DNA from: an uncultured bacterium
GTDB taxonomy: Bacteria > Acidobacteriota > Thermoanaerobaculia > Multivoradales > JAHZIX01
DNA: 64,000 nt
Assembly (NCBI GenBank): GCA_965368975.1
Contig: CBDUPA010000003.1
Span: 96,001 to 160,000, forward strand
Direction of reading: 5' to 3'
The first letter of the stretch is position 1. Every line of letters starts with the position of its first letter. Both the position numbers and the translations under genes were made by a program. Positions 16,543-26,571 of the stretch are shown in pieces. The notes under the pieces are model-generated. The model saw nothing but the letters and a program-made list of their open reading frames with translations. It made no database searches and was not told the origin of the DNA.

Positions 16543-17571
16543 GTGCCGCTGTTCGGGTACGTCTGTCGGGGAGCGATGCTGCCCGGTGGCCGTCTGACTG
16601 CGGCTGAACTAGGTGCTGTCGAAGCTGGAATTCCCGCTTCGATCACCTCCCCGCTTTCCGTGTGCTACCTCGACCTCGAGTCCTCCTGTGATGACCTGCC
16701 ATGGACGTGGACGCAGCGCCTGCTCTTTGAGAGTCCTCACGTCGATCCCTATGACCAGCAGCCCGTGCTGCGTATCTTCGAGCTGCCGGACGGCTTCGGC
16801 TTGTGCTGCCACCGCATCGCCGATTTCCAGCTGAAGCCCGGAGGGCTACTGCGCTACCGTCTGCACCGACCGGAGTGGGGTTACCTGGCAGAGATCTGTC
16901 TGCTCGGCACGGTGATGGCGTTTGTGCTGGAAGCCGACGCGCATCTGGCGCTGCATGCGTCCGCTCTGGTTCCGCCTGGGCACGACACTGCCGTCGGGTT
17001 CTTGGCCGCCCAGGGCAGCGGCAAGAGCGTGCTGGCAGCGTCTTGGGCCTTGCGCGGTGCTCGCTTGCTCAGCGACGACATCGTGGCCGTGGAACTCGCC
17101 ACAGCGTCGGTGGGTGGTACGGTACGTCCGAGCTATCCTCGCCTGCGTCTGTGGCCCGAGGGAGCAAGAGGGTTGGGGCTGGAGGGAGCGCCTGACCAGG
17201 GGACTGGCGCTGGCTCGGCGCAGCTACTGCGCCCGGACAGCGAGAAGTTGCTGATCGACGCCGGGCCGCATGGTCTCGACATCTTCGACGCCAACCTGGC
17301 ACCGCTGCGCTGCCTCTATGTACCCCAACGCTTGGACGACTCCAGCGAGTCCATCCAGATCGAGCCCCTTGCCCCTCGGGAGGCGTTGTTCGAGTTGCTC
17401 CGCTGCAGCTTTCTGCCACCGGATCTGCTGGCCGCTGTCGGCTTCCAGGCCGCACGCTTGGATCTGCTGGCACGGCTGGTGCGCGACGTGCCGGTCAAGA
17501 GGCTGAGCTATCCCAGCGGCTACCAGCATCTTCCGCGCGTCCACGACACCGTGCTCAGCGACCTGTGTTAG
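16543..17571 (+). CDS. HPr kinase-like P-loop kinase (lasso-peptide-associated type)
   Basis: ALHASAL, Walker [13 protein letters not shown] and YPRLRLWP. Starts 20 bp after the precursor. Confidence 0.82.
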   Translation: MPLFGYVCRGAMLPGGRLTAAELGAVEAGIPASITSPLSVCYLDLESSCDDLPWTWTQRLLFESPHVDPYDQQPVLRIFELPDGFGLCCHRIADFQLKPGGLLRYRLHRPEWGYLAEICLLGTVMAFVLEADAHLALHASALVPPGHDTAVGFLAAQGSGKSVLAASWALRGARLLSDDIVAVELATASVGGTVRPSYPRLRLWPEGARGLGLEGAPDQGTGAGSAQLLRPDSEKLLIDAGPHGLDIFDANLAPLRCLYVPQRLDDSSESIQIEPLAPREALFELLRCSFLPPDLLAAVGFQAARLDLLARLVRDVPVKRLSYPSGYQHLPRVHDTVLSDLC

Positions 17572-17614
17572 CGTCCACCGCACATCCGTGAACGGCCACC
17601 GAGGAGTCCCCCCC

Positions 17615-17905
17615 ATGAGCCGACCGAAGAAGCTGAGCGATGCCGAGATCCAGCAGCGCCTGGGCGCCAGACCCGCCTGGAAACTAGACGGCGACAAGTT
17701 GTACCGAGAGTTCCAGTTCGACGACTTCGTCGCCGCCTTCGGCTTCATGGCGCGCGTGGCGCTGGTCGCAGAACGTAGGAACCATCACCCGGAGTGGTTC
17801 AACGTCTACAACCGGGTGCAGGTGCACCTGGCGACGCACGATGCCGGCGGCATCACCGAGCTGGACTTCCAACTGGCCGAAGACATGGATCGGCTGGCTG
17901 GCTAG
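17615..17905 (+). CDS. phhB: Pterin-4-alpha-carbinolamine dehydratase
   Basis: [25 protein letters not shown]...[21 protein letters not shown]. Confidence 0.95.
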   Translation: MSRPKKLSDAEIQQRLGARPAWKLDGDKLYREFQFDDFVAAFGFMARVALVAERRNHHPEWFNVYNRVQVHLATHDAGGITELDFQLAEDMDRLAG

Positions 17906-18864
17906 CCTGCCGCCTTGACGTAGGACTCCAGGTCCGCCTGGCTGACCAGCGGTTCGCCGGGGCTGACGTTGTACAGTTTGCCGTCGAACAGCCAGCGCTC
18001 GAGTTCCTCGACCTGACTGTAGAGGTGATCGAAGGAATCGACGACGAAGAGAAGCGGTTGGTAGGAGTCGATCTCGAAGTACTGGTTGATCACCCAGCCG
18101 AGATGGAAGTCGTAGCGCTGCACCTCGGGTGAGTCGACGGCATGCGCGATCTCGCCGTAGGAACTGAGCAGACCGCTGCCGTAGACCTTCAGTTCGTCTT
18201 TCTTGCCGCCACTCCTCATCAAGCCGAACTCGACGGTGAACCAGAAGAAGCGCGCCAGCGCTTTGATGGCGCTATCCAGGCGTCGCAGTGAGTCGTCGTC
18301 CTTGGTCAGGATCTCGGCCGTCCGCAGCGCGGTCTGATGGGCGACTTCACCGAAGCGCACGAGGACTTCCGCGAAGTCCTTGTCGGTATGCATCGGCACG
18401 TGACCAGCGACATCATGGAAGAGGTCCGGTTCCTGCAAGTAGTCGAGCGAATCGAGGTTGCGCACCGTGATGGTGGTCGGGAATTCGCGCCGGCGCAGGC
18501 AGTCGAAGAACAGGTACGACGGGATGTAGCCGCTGACCGCTTTGGCCTTGAAGCCCGTGAGCGGTGCCAAGAATTGGTTCACGTCCTCCAATCGTGGCAC
18601 GGCCTCTGGATCCATGGCCAAGCAGTCGATCCCTTCGATGAACTTGTCGTGCGCGTACTGACGCCAGCGCGGCAGCATGCGCGAGTAGAGGCGCCGCCAG
18701 GCTTCGTGGTTGTGCTCGCTGTAGAGCTCGTAGGGCTGACGGATGAACAGGTCGCCGCGGTCGCGCGCGCCTTCGATGAAGGGTGCCCGGTTGGTCGTCA
18801 AATCGTTGCCCGGAGTCGCCGTTGCGGAGGCTGTCTCGGCTGCGATGGTAGTTGTGGTGCTCAT
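17902..18864 (-). CDS. phhA: Phenylalanine 4-monooxygenase (biopterin-dependent aromatic amino acid hydroxylase)
   Basis: [27 protein letters not shown] and [11 protein letters not shown], carrying the His-His-Glu iron ligands. Confidence 0.92.
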   Translation of the reverse strand: MSTTTTIAAETASATATPGNDLTTNRAPFIEGARDRGDLFIRQPYELYSEHNHEAWRRLYSRMLPRWRQYAHDKFIEGIDCLAMDPEAVPRLEDVNQFLAPLTGFKAKAVSGYIPSYLFFDCLRRREFPTTITVRNLDSLDYLQEPDLFHDVAGHVPMHTDKDFAEVLVRFGEVAHQTALRTAEILTKDDDSLRRLDSAIKALARFFWFTVEFGLMRSGGKKDELKVYGSGLLSSYGEIAHAVDSPEVQRYDFHLGWVINQYFEIDSYQPLLFVVDSFDHLYSQVEELERWLFDGKLYNVSPGEPLVSQADLESYVKAAG

Positions 18865-18979
18865 GGCTCGATCTCCCTGGTGCAATGCAAGTCGACGCGA
18901 GAGTAGCGTCGCAGATCATCGTCGGAGCAGGCTCTGCAGCCCTTCCGGCTTTGACTTTATCGGCATCGGACTGCCGGGT

Positions 18980-19837
18980 CTACCAGGCCTGTCGCCGCTC
19001 CTGGAGTACGTCAGGGTTGAACAAGGCGAAGCGGTGGCGCACACCGATGTGCGTCTCGTAGCCATCGGCGTCGGCGCCGGAGCCGATGCCGACGGCACCG
19101 TACAAGGCCCAAGCATCGCGGATCTCGCGCGCCAGCAGCAGCCGGAAGTAGCTCGGGTCATCGCCGTCTTTCGGTCCATGCTGCAGCAGCCACTCCAGGC
19201 CGAGTAGCGCGGAGTCCGAGAAGCGGTACTCCCAGGCCAAGCGGAGCTGGTAGACGTCGTTCTGCACCGAATTGGCGTTGGGGTTGCCAAGGACAGCGAA
19301 GCCGGCGTTGGCGTGCAGAAAGTGCCTCGGGGCGAGCTGCTTGCTGAGTAGGAAGTGGCCGAAGACGTCGGTCTCGTCGGTCGAAGCCCCGAGCGCGTCG
19401 TCGCCGTTGGGTAGCTTGACCGCCACCAGGAGCGACAGCGATGGCAGATGCTCGCGCTCGTGCAGCAGCCAGATCTTGGTGCCGATCGTCCAGTCGGCAT
19501 TGTCGGTCTCGTCGTTGGGCCCCGGGAAGTCGATTCGGCGTGCCAGGGCCCCGCTGACTTGGAATTCCGCAAAACGCCCGAGTCCGAAACTGAGACGGGT
19601 CTCGCCGAGGTCCCATTGGCTCTTCCTCAACGGTAGCGCCCAATCGCGCGCCTGGTCGCGGTAGCCGACACCGAAGTCGATACTCATCATCCCGGGTTCG
19701 AGCGTTTCGGCCTCCTCTGTGACGAACGGCAACTCGGCACGCACGGGAGGCGCGAGGACCAGGGCCGGCAGCAGAGCAGCAGGCAGGAAGACCAGGGTGA
19801 TGAACAGGGAAGAAAAGCACGAGCGGGGGGGCGTCAT
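18980..19837 (-). CDS. Putative outer-membrane beta-barrel / transporter-like protein
   Basis: Signal peptide ending VRA-E, a PFVTE.A.T motif, and alternating beta-strands. The upstream part of the 845-aa track ORF is antisense shadow of the next gene. Confidence 0.65.
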   Translation of the reverse strand: MTPPRSCFSSLFITLVFLPAALLPALVLAPPVRAELPFVTEEAETLEPGMMSIDFGVGYRDQARDWALPLRKSQWDLGETRLSFGLGRFAEFQVSGALARRIDFPGPNDETDNADWTIGTKIWLLHEREHLPSLSLLVAVKLPNGDDALGASTDETDVFGHFLLSKQLAPRHFLHANAGFAVLGNPNANSVQNDVYQLRLAWEYRFSDSALLGLEWLLQHGPKDGDDPSYFRLLLAREIRDAWALYGAVGIGSGADADGYETHIGVRHRFALFNPDVLQERRQAW

Positions 19838-20065
19838 GGGGCGAGATCCTCTACGGCGGCGGGTTTCGACTGAGCTTACGTTACAGACTGTCCCACGGAT
19901 GTACCGTGGCTGCTCGGATTCTGCGGATCCTATCGAAAAAGCCAGTAGAGTAGTCCACATCTCGGCTGTGCCAGTCCGGTTGCGATTGTCCGCGGGCGTG
20001 CAGTCCGGTGGCGGAAACTCTGTGAAGACCTCGCCGTACCAGCTTCTCGGAGGGATGAAGACATC

Positions 20066-22333
20066 ATGAAAACGACAACTCGCCGTGCCTTCGAGCATGG
20101 CCGACACCTTGGACTGCCCGCGATGGTCGCGAGCCTGGTTCTGGTGTGTCTCACAGCCATGAGTGCGCCTTTGGCAGCCGCTGAGGCGGCACACCAGATT
20201 CGCCGCGCCACGGGGCCGATCACCATCGATGGCCGTCTGGATGAAGCTGTCTGGCATGATGCCTTGATGGTCGAGATCGACGTCGAGACCTTCCCTGCGC
20301 ACAATGTGCCCGCGCCGGTTCGCACCGAGTTGCGCATGACCTTCGACCACGTGAATCTCTACCTCGGCTATCACGCCTTCGATCCCGAGCCAGAGAAGAT
20401 CCGCGCCCGCGTCACCGACCGGGACGATGCGTACCAGGACGACTACGTCGCGATCAGCATCGATACCTTCAACGATGGCCGGCGGGCGTACGAGTTCGTG
20501 GTCAATCCGATCGGTGTCCAGATGGACATGTTCTACGATGATGTCGAGGACAACGAGGACGACGCCTGGGACGCTATCTGGAAGAGCGCGGGACGCCTGG
20601 TCGCGGACGGCTATGTCGTCGAGATGGCGATTCCGTTCGCGGCGCTCAGCTTTCCGCGGGGCGCAGGGGTCCAGACCTGGGGCTTCGACGGCTATCGCAA
20701 CTGGCCCCGCGGGCAACGCTACCGCTTCCGCACCCAGCCGCAGGACCGCAACATCAACTGTTATGTATGCCAGTTCTCCAAGGTCACCGGTATCGAGGAC
20801 GTGCGCCGCGGCCGCGATCTCGAGATTGTGCCGACCTTGACGGGCCGGCGTACCGATGCCCGCTCGGAGCTGAGTGACGCGCGGCTCGAGGCCGGCGACG
20901 AGGATACCGACCTGGGATTGACGGCGTCCTGGGGCATCACGCCCAACTGGACGCTCAACGCCACGATCAACCCCGACTTCTCGCAGGTCGAGGCCGATGC
21001 CGCGCAACTCGACGTCAACAACCAGTTCGCCCTCTTTTTTCCGGAGAAGCGACCGTTCTTCCTCGAAGATGCCGATGTGCTCGAAACCAACATCAACGCC
21101 GTCAATACGCGCCAGATCGCGGATCCGGACTGGGGGCTGCGCCTGACCGGCAAGCAGGGGGTTCACGCTTTCGGCGGTTTCGTCGCTCGCGACACGGTCA
21201 CCAATCTGATCTTTCCCGGCAACCAGGGCTCGCGCCAGACGTCGCTGGCGCAGGACAACGATGCCGCCGTCTTGCGCTACCGCCGCGACCTCGGCGCCGG
21301 CAGCAATCTCGGCGGCCTGGTGACACTGCGCGAGGGGGGGGACGGTTACTCCAATCGCGTTGCCGGCATTGATGGCTTGGTGACGTTGAGCGAAGCGGAC
21401 ATCCTGCGCTTCCAGCTGCTGTCGTCGCGCACCACGTATTCCAATGCCCTTGCCACGGCCTTTGGTCAGCCCACCGAGACGCTCGACGATCTGGCCTGGC
21501 GCCTCGCCTACCAGCACAAGACGCGCAATCTGAACGTCTACTCCCGTGCCGAAAGCCTGGGCGATGACTTCCGAGCGGATCTCGGCTTCTTGCCCCGGGT
21601 CGGCTACCGCTTCTACTTGCTGGGCACGGTCTACTCGTTCTGGGGCGAGCCGGACGATTGGTGGACACAGATCAACGTGGGTAGTGACTATGACTACTCC
21701 GAAGACCAGGACGGACAGCGCTTGGAGTGGGAGCGCGAGGCATGGGTCTGGATGTCTGGGCCGCGCGAGAGCGAGGCGATGGCTTTCTTCGGCCGTCGCA
21801 CGCGCATCTTCGGGGGACGCACATTCAAGGAGTCTTATCGTCTCTTCAACTTCAGCATGCGGCCCGGGGCCGACTTCGCCTTTGAGCTCGAGCTCTTCGA
21901 CGGAGATACCATCGACTTCGCCAATGTGCAGCCGGGCGAGCAGCTAGAGTTGGAGCTGGAATTGTCCGTGAATCTCGGCCGCCGCCTGCGCCTGGATGTT
22001 GAGCACACGATCCAGACCTTGGATGTCGAAGGAGGCGAGTTGTTTAGCGCCGACCTCACCGAGATGCGACTGGTGTACCACTTCAGTGCCAAGAGCTTCC
22101 TGCGCCTGATCACGCAGTACCTGGACCTGAGCCGCGATCCTGCACTGTACCGCGGGCCCGTCGAGGCGAGCAGCGAAGATCTGTTCAACCAGGTGCTGTT
22201 CAGCTACAAGCTCAACCCGCGTACGGTGCTCTTCGTCGGGTATTCCGACACCTACCTTGGCAATGAATCGATCGACCTGACGCAGAAGGACCGAACAGTC
22301 TTCGTCAAGCTCGGGTACGCCTGGGTTCTGTAG
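20066..22333 (+). CDS. CBM9-like plus DUF5916 outer-membrane protein
   Basis: ITIDGRLDEAVW, YVVEMAIPF, TINPDFSQVEAD, FFPEKRPFFLE and a C-terminal FVKLGYAW barrel signature. Confidence 0.88.
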   Translation: MKTTTRRAFEHGRHLGLPAMVASLVLVCLTAMSAPLAAAEAAHQIRRATGPITIDGRLDEAVWHDALMVEIDVETFPAHNVPAPVRTELRMTFDHVNLYLGYHAFDPEPEKIRARVTDRDDAYQDDYVAISIDTFNDGRRAYEFVVNPIGVQMDMFYDDVEDNEDDAWDAIWKSAGRLVADGYVVEMAIPFAALSFPRGAGVQTWGFDGYRNWPRGQRYRFRTQPQDRNINCYVCQFSKVTGIEDVRRGRDLEIVPTLTGRRTDARSELSDARLEAGDEDTDLGLTASWGITPNWTLNATINPDFSQVEADAAQLDVNNQFALFFPEKRPFFLEDADVLETNINAVNTRQIADPDWGLRLTGKQGVHAFGGFVARDTVTNLIFPGNQGSRQTSLAQDNDAAVLRYRRDLGAGSNLGGLVTLREGGDGYSNRVAGIDGLVTLSEADILRFQLLSSRTTYSNALATAFGQPTETLDDLAWRLAYQHKTRNLNVYSRAESLGDDFRADLGFLPRVGYRFYLLGTVYSFWGEPDDWWTQINVGSDYDYSEDQDGQRLEWEREAWVWMSGPRESEAMAFFGRRTRIFGGRTFKESYRLFNFSMRPGADFAFELELFDGDTIDFANVQPGEQLELELELSVNLGRRLRLDVEHTIQTLDVEGGELFSADLTEMRLVYHFSAKSFLRLITQYLDLSRDPALYRGPVEASSEDLFNQVLFSYKLNPRTVLFVGYSDTYLGNESIDLTQKDRTVFVKLGYAWVL

Positions 22334-22417
22334 CAATCTTGCCTCTCGGGGCGGATCCGTGGCCGATTTTGGGGTACGCTTGGAATCCGCTCGTGAATCG
22401 GAGGAGGCCTCGGACCT

Positions 22418-24652
22418 TTGGCCAAGAAATCGGCATTTTGGGCGCGCCTCCAGCGCGACTACGTGCGCGCAGGAGATGCCTACTATGAGCAGGGAAAGCT
22501 GTCCCAGGCGGCGGAAATGTACCGCCGCGGCGGCAGCCTGCGTCAAGCTGCCGAGGTGTATACGCGGCTGGGGGATCTCGACGCGGCCGTCGAGGCCTAT
22601 AGCGAGGCGGGTGAAGACCGCAAAGCAGGGCAGCTGCTAGCGTCTCACGGAAAGCTCCAGGAAGCGGTGAGCTATCTGGAGGAAGGCGGTGCCTTTTGGG
22701 AAGCCGCGGAAGTCGCGGTCAAGCTCAAGCAGTTCAGCCGTGCCGGCCGCTTGTTCGAGCGCGTCGACTCGTGGGAGAAGGCCGTCCGCTGCTACGAGCA
22801 AGCCGGCGACTTCGAAGACGCGCTGCGCGTGATCAGTGCTGAGGTGGACCGCCTGGAGGCCGAATCCGGCGAAGGTATCCAGGGCGCGGGCTCGATCGAA
22901 GCCACACGCGTGGCGACCACGTGGAAGGCCGAACTCTTGGTGCGAGTCGGCCGGGCTCGCGATGCCGGGAAGCTGCACTTGCAGCACGATCGCCCCGAGG
23001 CTGCCGGTCCTCTGTTCGAGCAGGCTGGCCAGTATGAACGTGCCGTGCGGGCTTACCTGGACGCCAACCTGGCCCGCAAGGCACTACCGTTGCTGTCCAA
23101 GGCGATCGGGCTCGATCCCAAGACGCAGGCGCAGGTCTACTTTGCCTGCGGTGAGTACGACAAGGCGGCCGAGAACTTCCGTGACGCCGCCGCCGAGCAC
23201 GGGCTCGACCCGCACGAGGAAGCGGCGCTGAAGGCCGAGGCGGCGAACGCGTTCGAGCAGGCCAAGCAGCTGGATCAGGCGGCGTCGCTGTGGCGCGAGC
23301 TAGAGAATTGGGATCGTGCCGCCGACTTGTACTTCCGTATCGAGCGCTGGCGTGAAGCCGGTGCTTGCTATGAAAAGGGCCGCAAGTGGAAGCAGGCCGC
23401 CGAGAGCTATGCGGCTGCCGGCGAAGCCAAGAAGGCGGCGCTGTGCTACGAACGCTCCAAGGATACGCTGCGCGCGGCGGAGCAGTGGTACCAGGCGGGT
23501 GACGTCAACCGTGCCGCCGATGCGCTCCAGGGGCTGGAGGTCGACGATCCAGAGTTCAACCAGGGGTCCTTGCTGCTTGCCGAGTTGCTCATTGAGTTGG
23601 GCAACTACCACGGTGCCGAGCATCGCCTGGAGATGATCGACGATCACGAAGATCATTTCACCGGCACGATGCGTGTCGACCGTCTTTACTGGCAGGCGCG
23701 AGCGCTCGAAGGGCGTGGTGAACGCGAGAAGGCTCTCAGCAATTACCAGCGCGTTAGCTCGATGAAGCGCACGCACCGTGATGTCGTCGAGCGGTTGCAG
23801 ACCTTGCAGCAACGCCAGCGTCCCGAGTCTCGCCGCTACCGCAAGGGTGACGTGCTGAAGAGCCGATACCGCGTGCTGGACGAACTCGGGCACGGTGGCA
23901 TGAGCCGCGTCTACCGTGTGTTCGACATGGAATTGGACGAGGAGGTGGCGATCAAGGTGCTGCGCGCCAATGACGAGGATGGCGTTGCTGAAGATCGTCT
24001 ACGCGCCGAAGTTCGCATCACCCGCCGCATCACGCACCCGAACGTCGTGCGCGTGTTCGACGTGTCACGCTTCGAAGACGGCCTGCTGATCTCGATGGAA
24101 TTGGTCCGTGGCCAGACACTGGAGAAGGTCATCCGCGGCCCCGAACGGTTGCCGCTGCCCAAGGTCAAGGACTACCTGCGCCAGATCCTGCTGGGTCTCA
24201 CGGCGGCCCACGACCTGAAGGTGGTCCACCGGGATCTCAAGCCCGGCAATGTGATGCTGGAGGGAGACGTGATCAAGCTGCTCGACTTCGGCATCGCACG
24301 CGCCGAGGAAACCGACGTGCGCCTGACCCAGGCCGGCCAGCTCCTGGGCTCGCCGCACTACATGTCGCCGGAACAGCTGCGCGGTAAGGAACTCGACGCG
24401 CGCTCCGACCTCTATGCGCTCGGCGTCCTCACCTTCACCATGCTCACCGGCTCCGAGCCCTTCCATGGTGACAAGCCCGCCGTCATTGCCGTCAAGCACC
24501 TGGATGAATCCCCTCCCGACCTGCGCAAGCTACGTCCCGAACTGATGATGTGGCCCGGCTTCGTCGCCCAGCTGCTGCACAAGGATCGCGATCATCGCTA
24601 CGGCAGTGCTGCTGAAGTGCTGCAAGACCTCGCGGATCTACCAGTGGAGTGA
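22418..24652 (+). CDS. TPR-repeat protein with a C-terminal Hanks-type Ser/Thr kinase
   Basis: About 450 aa of AA..Y..AG helical repeats, then LGHGGMSRVY, VAIK, HRDLKPGN, DFG and YMSPE. Confidence 0.92.
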   Translation: MAKKSAFWARLQRDYVRAGDAYYEQGKLSQAAEMYRRGGSLRQAAEVYTRLGDLDAAVEAYSEAGEDRKAGQLLASHGKLQEAVSYLEEGGAFWEAAEVAVKLKQFSRAGRLFERVDSWEKAVRCYEQAGDFEDALRVISAEVDRLEAESGEGIQGAGSIEATRVATTWKAELLVRVGRARDAGKLHLQHDRPEAAGPLFEQAGQYERAVRAYLDANLARKALPLLSKAIGLDPKTQAQVYFACGEYDKAAENFRDAAAEHGLDPHEEAALKAEAANAFEQAKQLDQAASLWRELENWDRAADLYFRIERWREAGACYEKGRKWKQAAESYAAAGEAKKAALCYERSKDTLRAAEQWYQAGDVNRAADALQGLEVDDPEFNQGSLLLAELLIELGNYHGAEHRLEMIDDHEDHFTGTMRVDRLYWQARALEGRGEREKALSNYQRVSSMKRTHRDVVERLQTLQQRQRPESRRYRKGDVLKSRYRVLDELGHGGMSRVYRVFDMELDEEVAIKVLRANDEDGVAEDRLRAEVRITRRITHPNVVRVFDVSRFEDGLLISMELVRGQTLEKVIRGPERLPLPKVKDYLRQILLGLTAAHDLKVVHRDLKPGNVMLEGDVIKLLDFGIARAEETDVRLTQAGQLLGSPHYMSPEQLRGKELDARSDLYALGVLTFTMLTGSEPFHGDKPAVIAVKHLDESPPDLRKLRPELMMWPGFVAQLLHKDRDHRYGSAAEVLQDLADLPVE

Positions 24653-24669
24653 TCCAGCTAGAGGCAGGG

Positions 24670-26571
24670 TTAGGGCAGTGGCCCCGGCAGCTGGAAGGCT
24701 TCTGGATCAACTGCGATGACCCGCCAGTCGACTTCGTTCGCGGTCGACGTACGTCGTTCGGCGAGCGTCACGGTCAGTTGCAGGGCGCCGCTGTTGGCTC
24801 GACGGACATTTGCTGGCAGTTCGTAGACGGCCGGCAGGCTGGCGGAAGCTGGCACGTCGATCGTCAGGTGCAGAATCGGCAAGTCGCCACGCTGCAACAC
24901 TGCGTGTAACTGCGCTGGGTGCTCGACGGCGCGGCTGGGATCGACAGAACTCAGCTCGATCTTGCCCAGCTTCAGGTGGAGTTGCAAGCCGAGGGCCTCG
25001 ATGCTGGGAGCACCCAGAGCGCGCACACGAGCGAGTTCGAAGCGCGTCAGCTGACCATAGAGGAAGGGGTCGGGTTCGTCGTCCTGCGCCAGCGCGTGGC
25101 GCTGCGTCTCGACGGCGCGGCCGTGCTCTCCGAGACGGTGGTAGAGGGTAGCCAAGGTATCCAGGTAATGGGTCAGCGGCTCGTCCGCGACCACTGCTTC
25201 CATGGCATCGCGCGCGGCTTCCAGAGACTCGCGGGGTGCTCCTGGATAGATGCCGATGATCCAGGCTTCCTCGTTGGTCAGCTCGCTGCCGGTCACCTCA
25301 CCGAGGATCGGCGCCTGGCGCCAGAGCGTCCAGGCAGGGGTGATCAGGAAGAGGAGCGCCAGCAGAACGCCCAGTGGTCGCCAGAGACCCGCGGGTCGGC
25401 GAGCTAGCTGATCGAGGGGGACACCGCGGCTGAACAGTGCGGCGAGGGCGACCCCGGTGGCGGCACCGCCAGCGTGACCGAGGTGGTCGATGTTGGGCAC
25501 GATGAGTGCCGGCGCCAGCACCAGCAAGGCGAGGATGATCCAGAAGGCGCGGCTGGGTGCCGGCATCGGGAGGTCGGCACGGAAGCGCTGGCGCAGCAGT
25601 GCATAGGCGGCGAAAGTGCCGGCCAAGCCGGTCGAGGCGCCGAGCGAGACGGCGGCATCGGGGCGCAGAGGTAGCGCCGAGGCGATGGCGCCGCCGAGAC
25701 AGGAGAGCAGCAGCAGGCACAGGTACCGCCAGCGTCCCAGCAGCGGTTCGACGAAACGGCCGATGACGATCAGACCGACGGTGTTGAGTGCGAAGTGGCC
25801 GAAGCCGCCGTGCAGGAGACTGCTGGTGACCAGGCGGTAGACCTCGCCTTCCTGCCACACCAGCGCGGGCACGTTGGCGCCCATCAACACCAGCAGCGTG
25901 ATGCTGTTGAAGCCATCGAAGCCACCGGCCGCGTACAGCTGTAGACCGAACAGAAGGGTCAGCAGAACGGCGAAGCCCCAGCTCAAGGGTGCGCGGCCAT
26001 GGTGCAGTAGCTGGTCGATGGTGGCGCGGCGGTCGAGGCTGGCCAGCCTGCCGACCGTTCGTGCGCCGATGCCGAAGGGCTCGACGGCTGTAGGCGTTGC
26101 GACCTGCTGACGGATGATGCCGACGATCTGCTCGGCAGCTCCCGGGTCTTGGAAGTCGTCGCGCCGGAAGCGTTCCGGGAAGTAGCCGCGTATCCCCAGC
26201 ACGAGCTCGCTGGCGTTGGTGTAGGCGACTCCGAGTCGGTCGTAGTCGACGAAAGCTTGCCGCTCATGCCCACGAAGAGGCAAGCTGAGGCCGCGGTCAC
26301 CCAAAAGGATCGCGGGGTGAGCCGGCGAGCGGCTGGCCTGGAAGGCGAGATAGCCGAAGAAGGCGCCCAAGCCGAGCGAGATCAGCCAGATGCGCAGGGC
26401 TCCAGGGCCCACCAGGACGTCCAGGCTGTTGACCGCGAAGAGCAGGGCGACGACGAACGCGATATACAGACCTTGACCAATGCCAAGGCGTAGCGCGCGG
26501 CGTCGAGCCCGTGTCCCGGGAGGTCGCAGCGGGAAGTGGAGGCTCAACGCAGGCGGCGGTAGGTCAACCAT
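24670..26571 (-). CDS. Rhomboid intramembrane serine protease with N-terminal extension and C-terminal TPR-like region
   Basis: YRLVTSSLLHGGFGHFALN, GAS (catalytic Ser), DHLGHAGG (catalytic His), and a YLDTLATLYH TPR-like segment. Confidence 0.85.
   Translation of the reverse strand: MVDLPPPALSLHFPLRPPGTRARRRALRLGIGQGLYIAFVVALLFAVNSLDVLVGPGALRIWLISLGLGAFFGYLAFQASRSPAHPAILLGDRGLSLPLRGHERQAFVDYDRLGVAYTNASELVLGIRGYFPERFRRDDFQDPGAAEQIVGIIRQQVATPTAVEPFGIGARTVGRLASLDRRATIDQLLHHGRAPLSWGFAVLLTLLFGLQLYAAGGFDGFNSITLLVLMGANVPALVWQEGEVYRLVTSSLLHGGFGHFALNTVGLIVIGRFVEPLLGRWRYLCLLLLSCLGGAIASALPLRPDAAVSLGASTGLAGTFAAYALLRQRFRADLPMPAPSRAFWIILALLVLAPALIVPNIDHLGHAGGAATGVALAALFSRGVPLDQLARRPAGLWRPLGVLLALLFLITPAWTLWRQAPILGEVTGSELTNEEAWIIGIYPGAPRESLEAARDAMEAVVADEPLTHYLDTLATLYHRLGEHGRAVETQRHALAQDDEPDPFLYGQLTRFELARVRALGAPSIEALGLQLHLKLGKIELSSVDPSRAVEHPAQLHAVLQRGDLPILHLTIDVPASASLPAVYELPANVRRANSGALQLTVTLAERRTSTANEVDWRVIAVDPEAFQLPGPLP

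Noticed and set aside
17902-18864. PhhA as a tailoring hydroxylase for the Phe residues of the lasso core
   Set aside because: PhhA acts on free Phe, is on the opposite strand, and is adequately explained by its partner phhB.
19838-21517. N-terminal ~560 aa of the 845-aa minus-strand ORF
   Set aside because: Mostly antisense shadow of the DUF5916 gene. A signal peptide appears only from ATG 19837.
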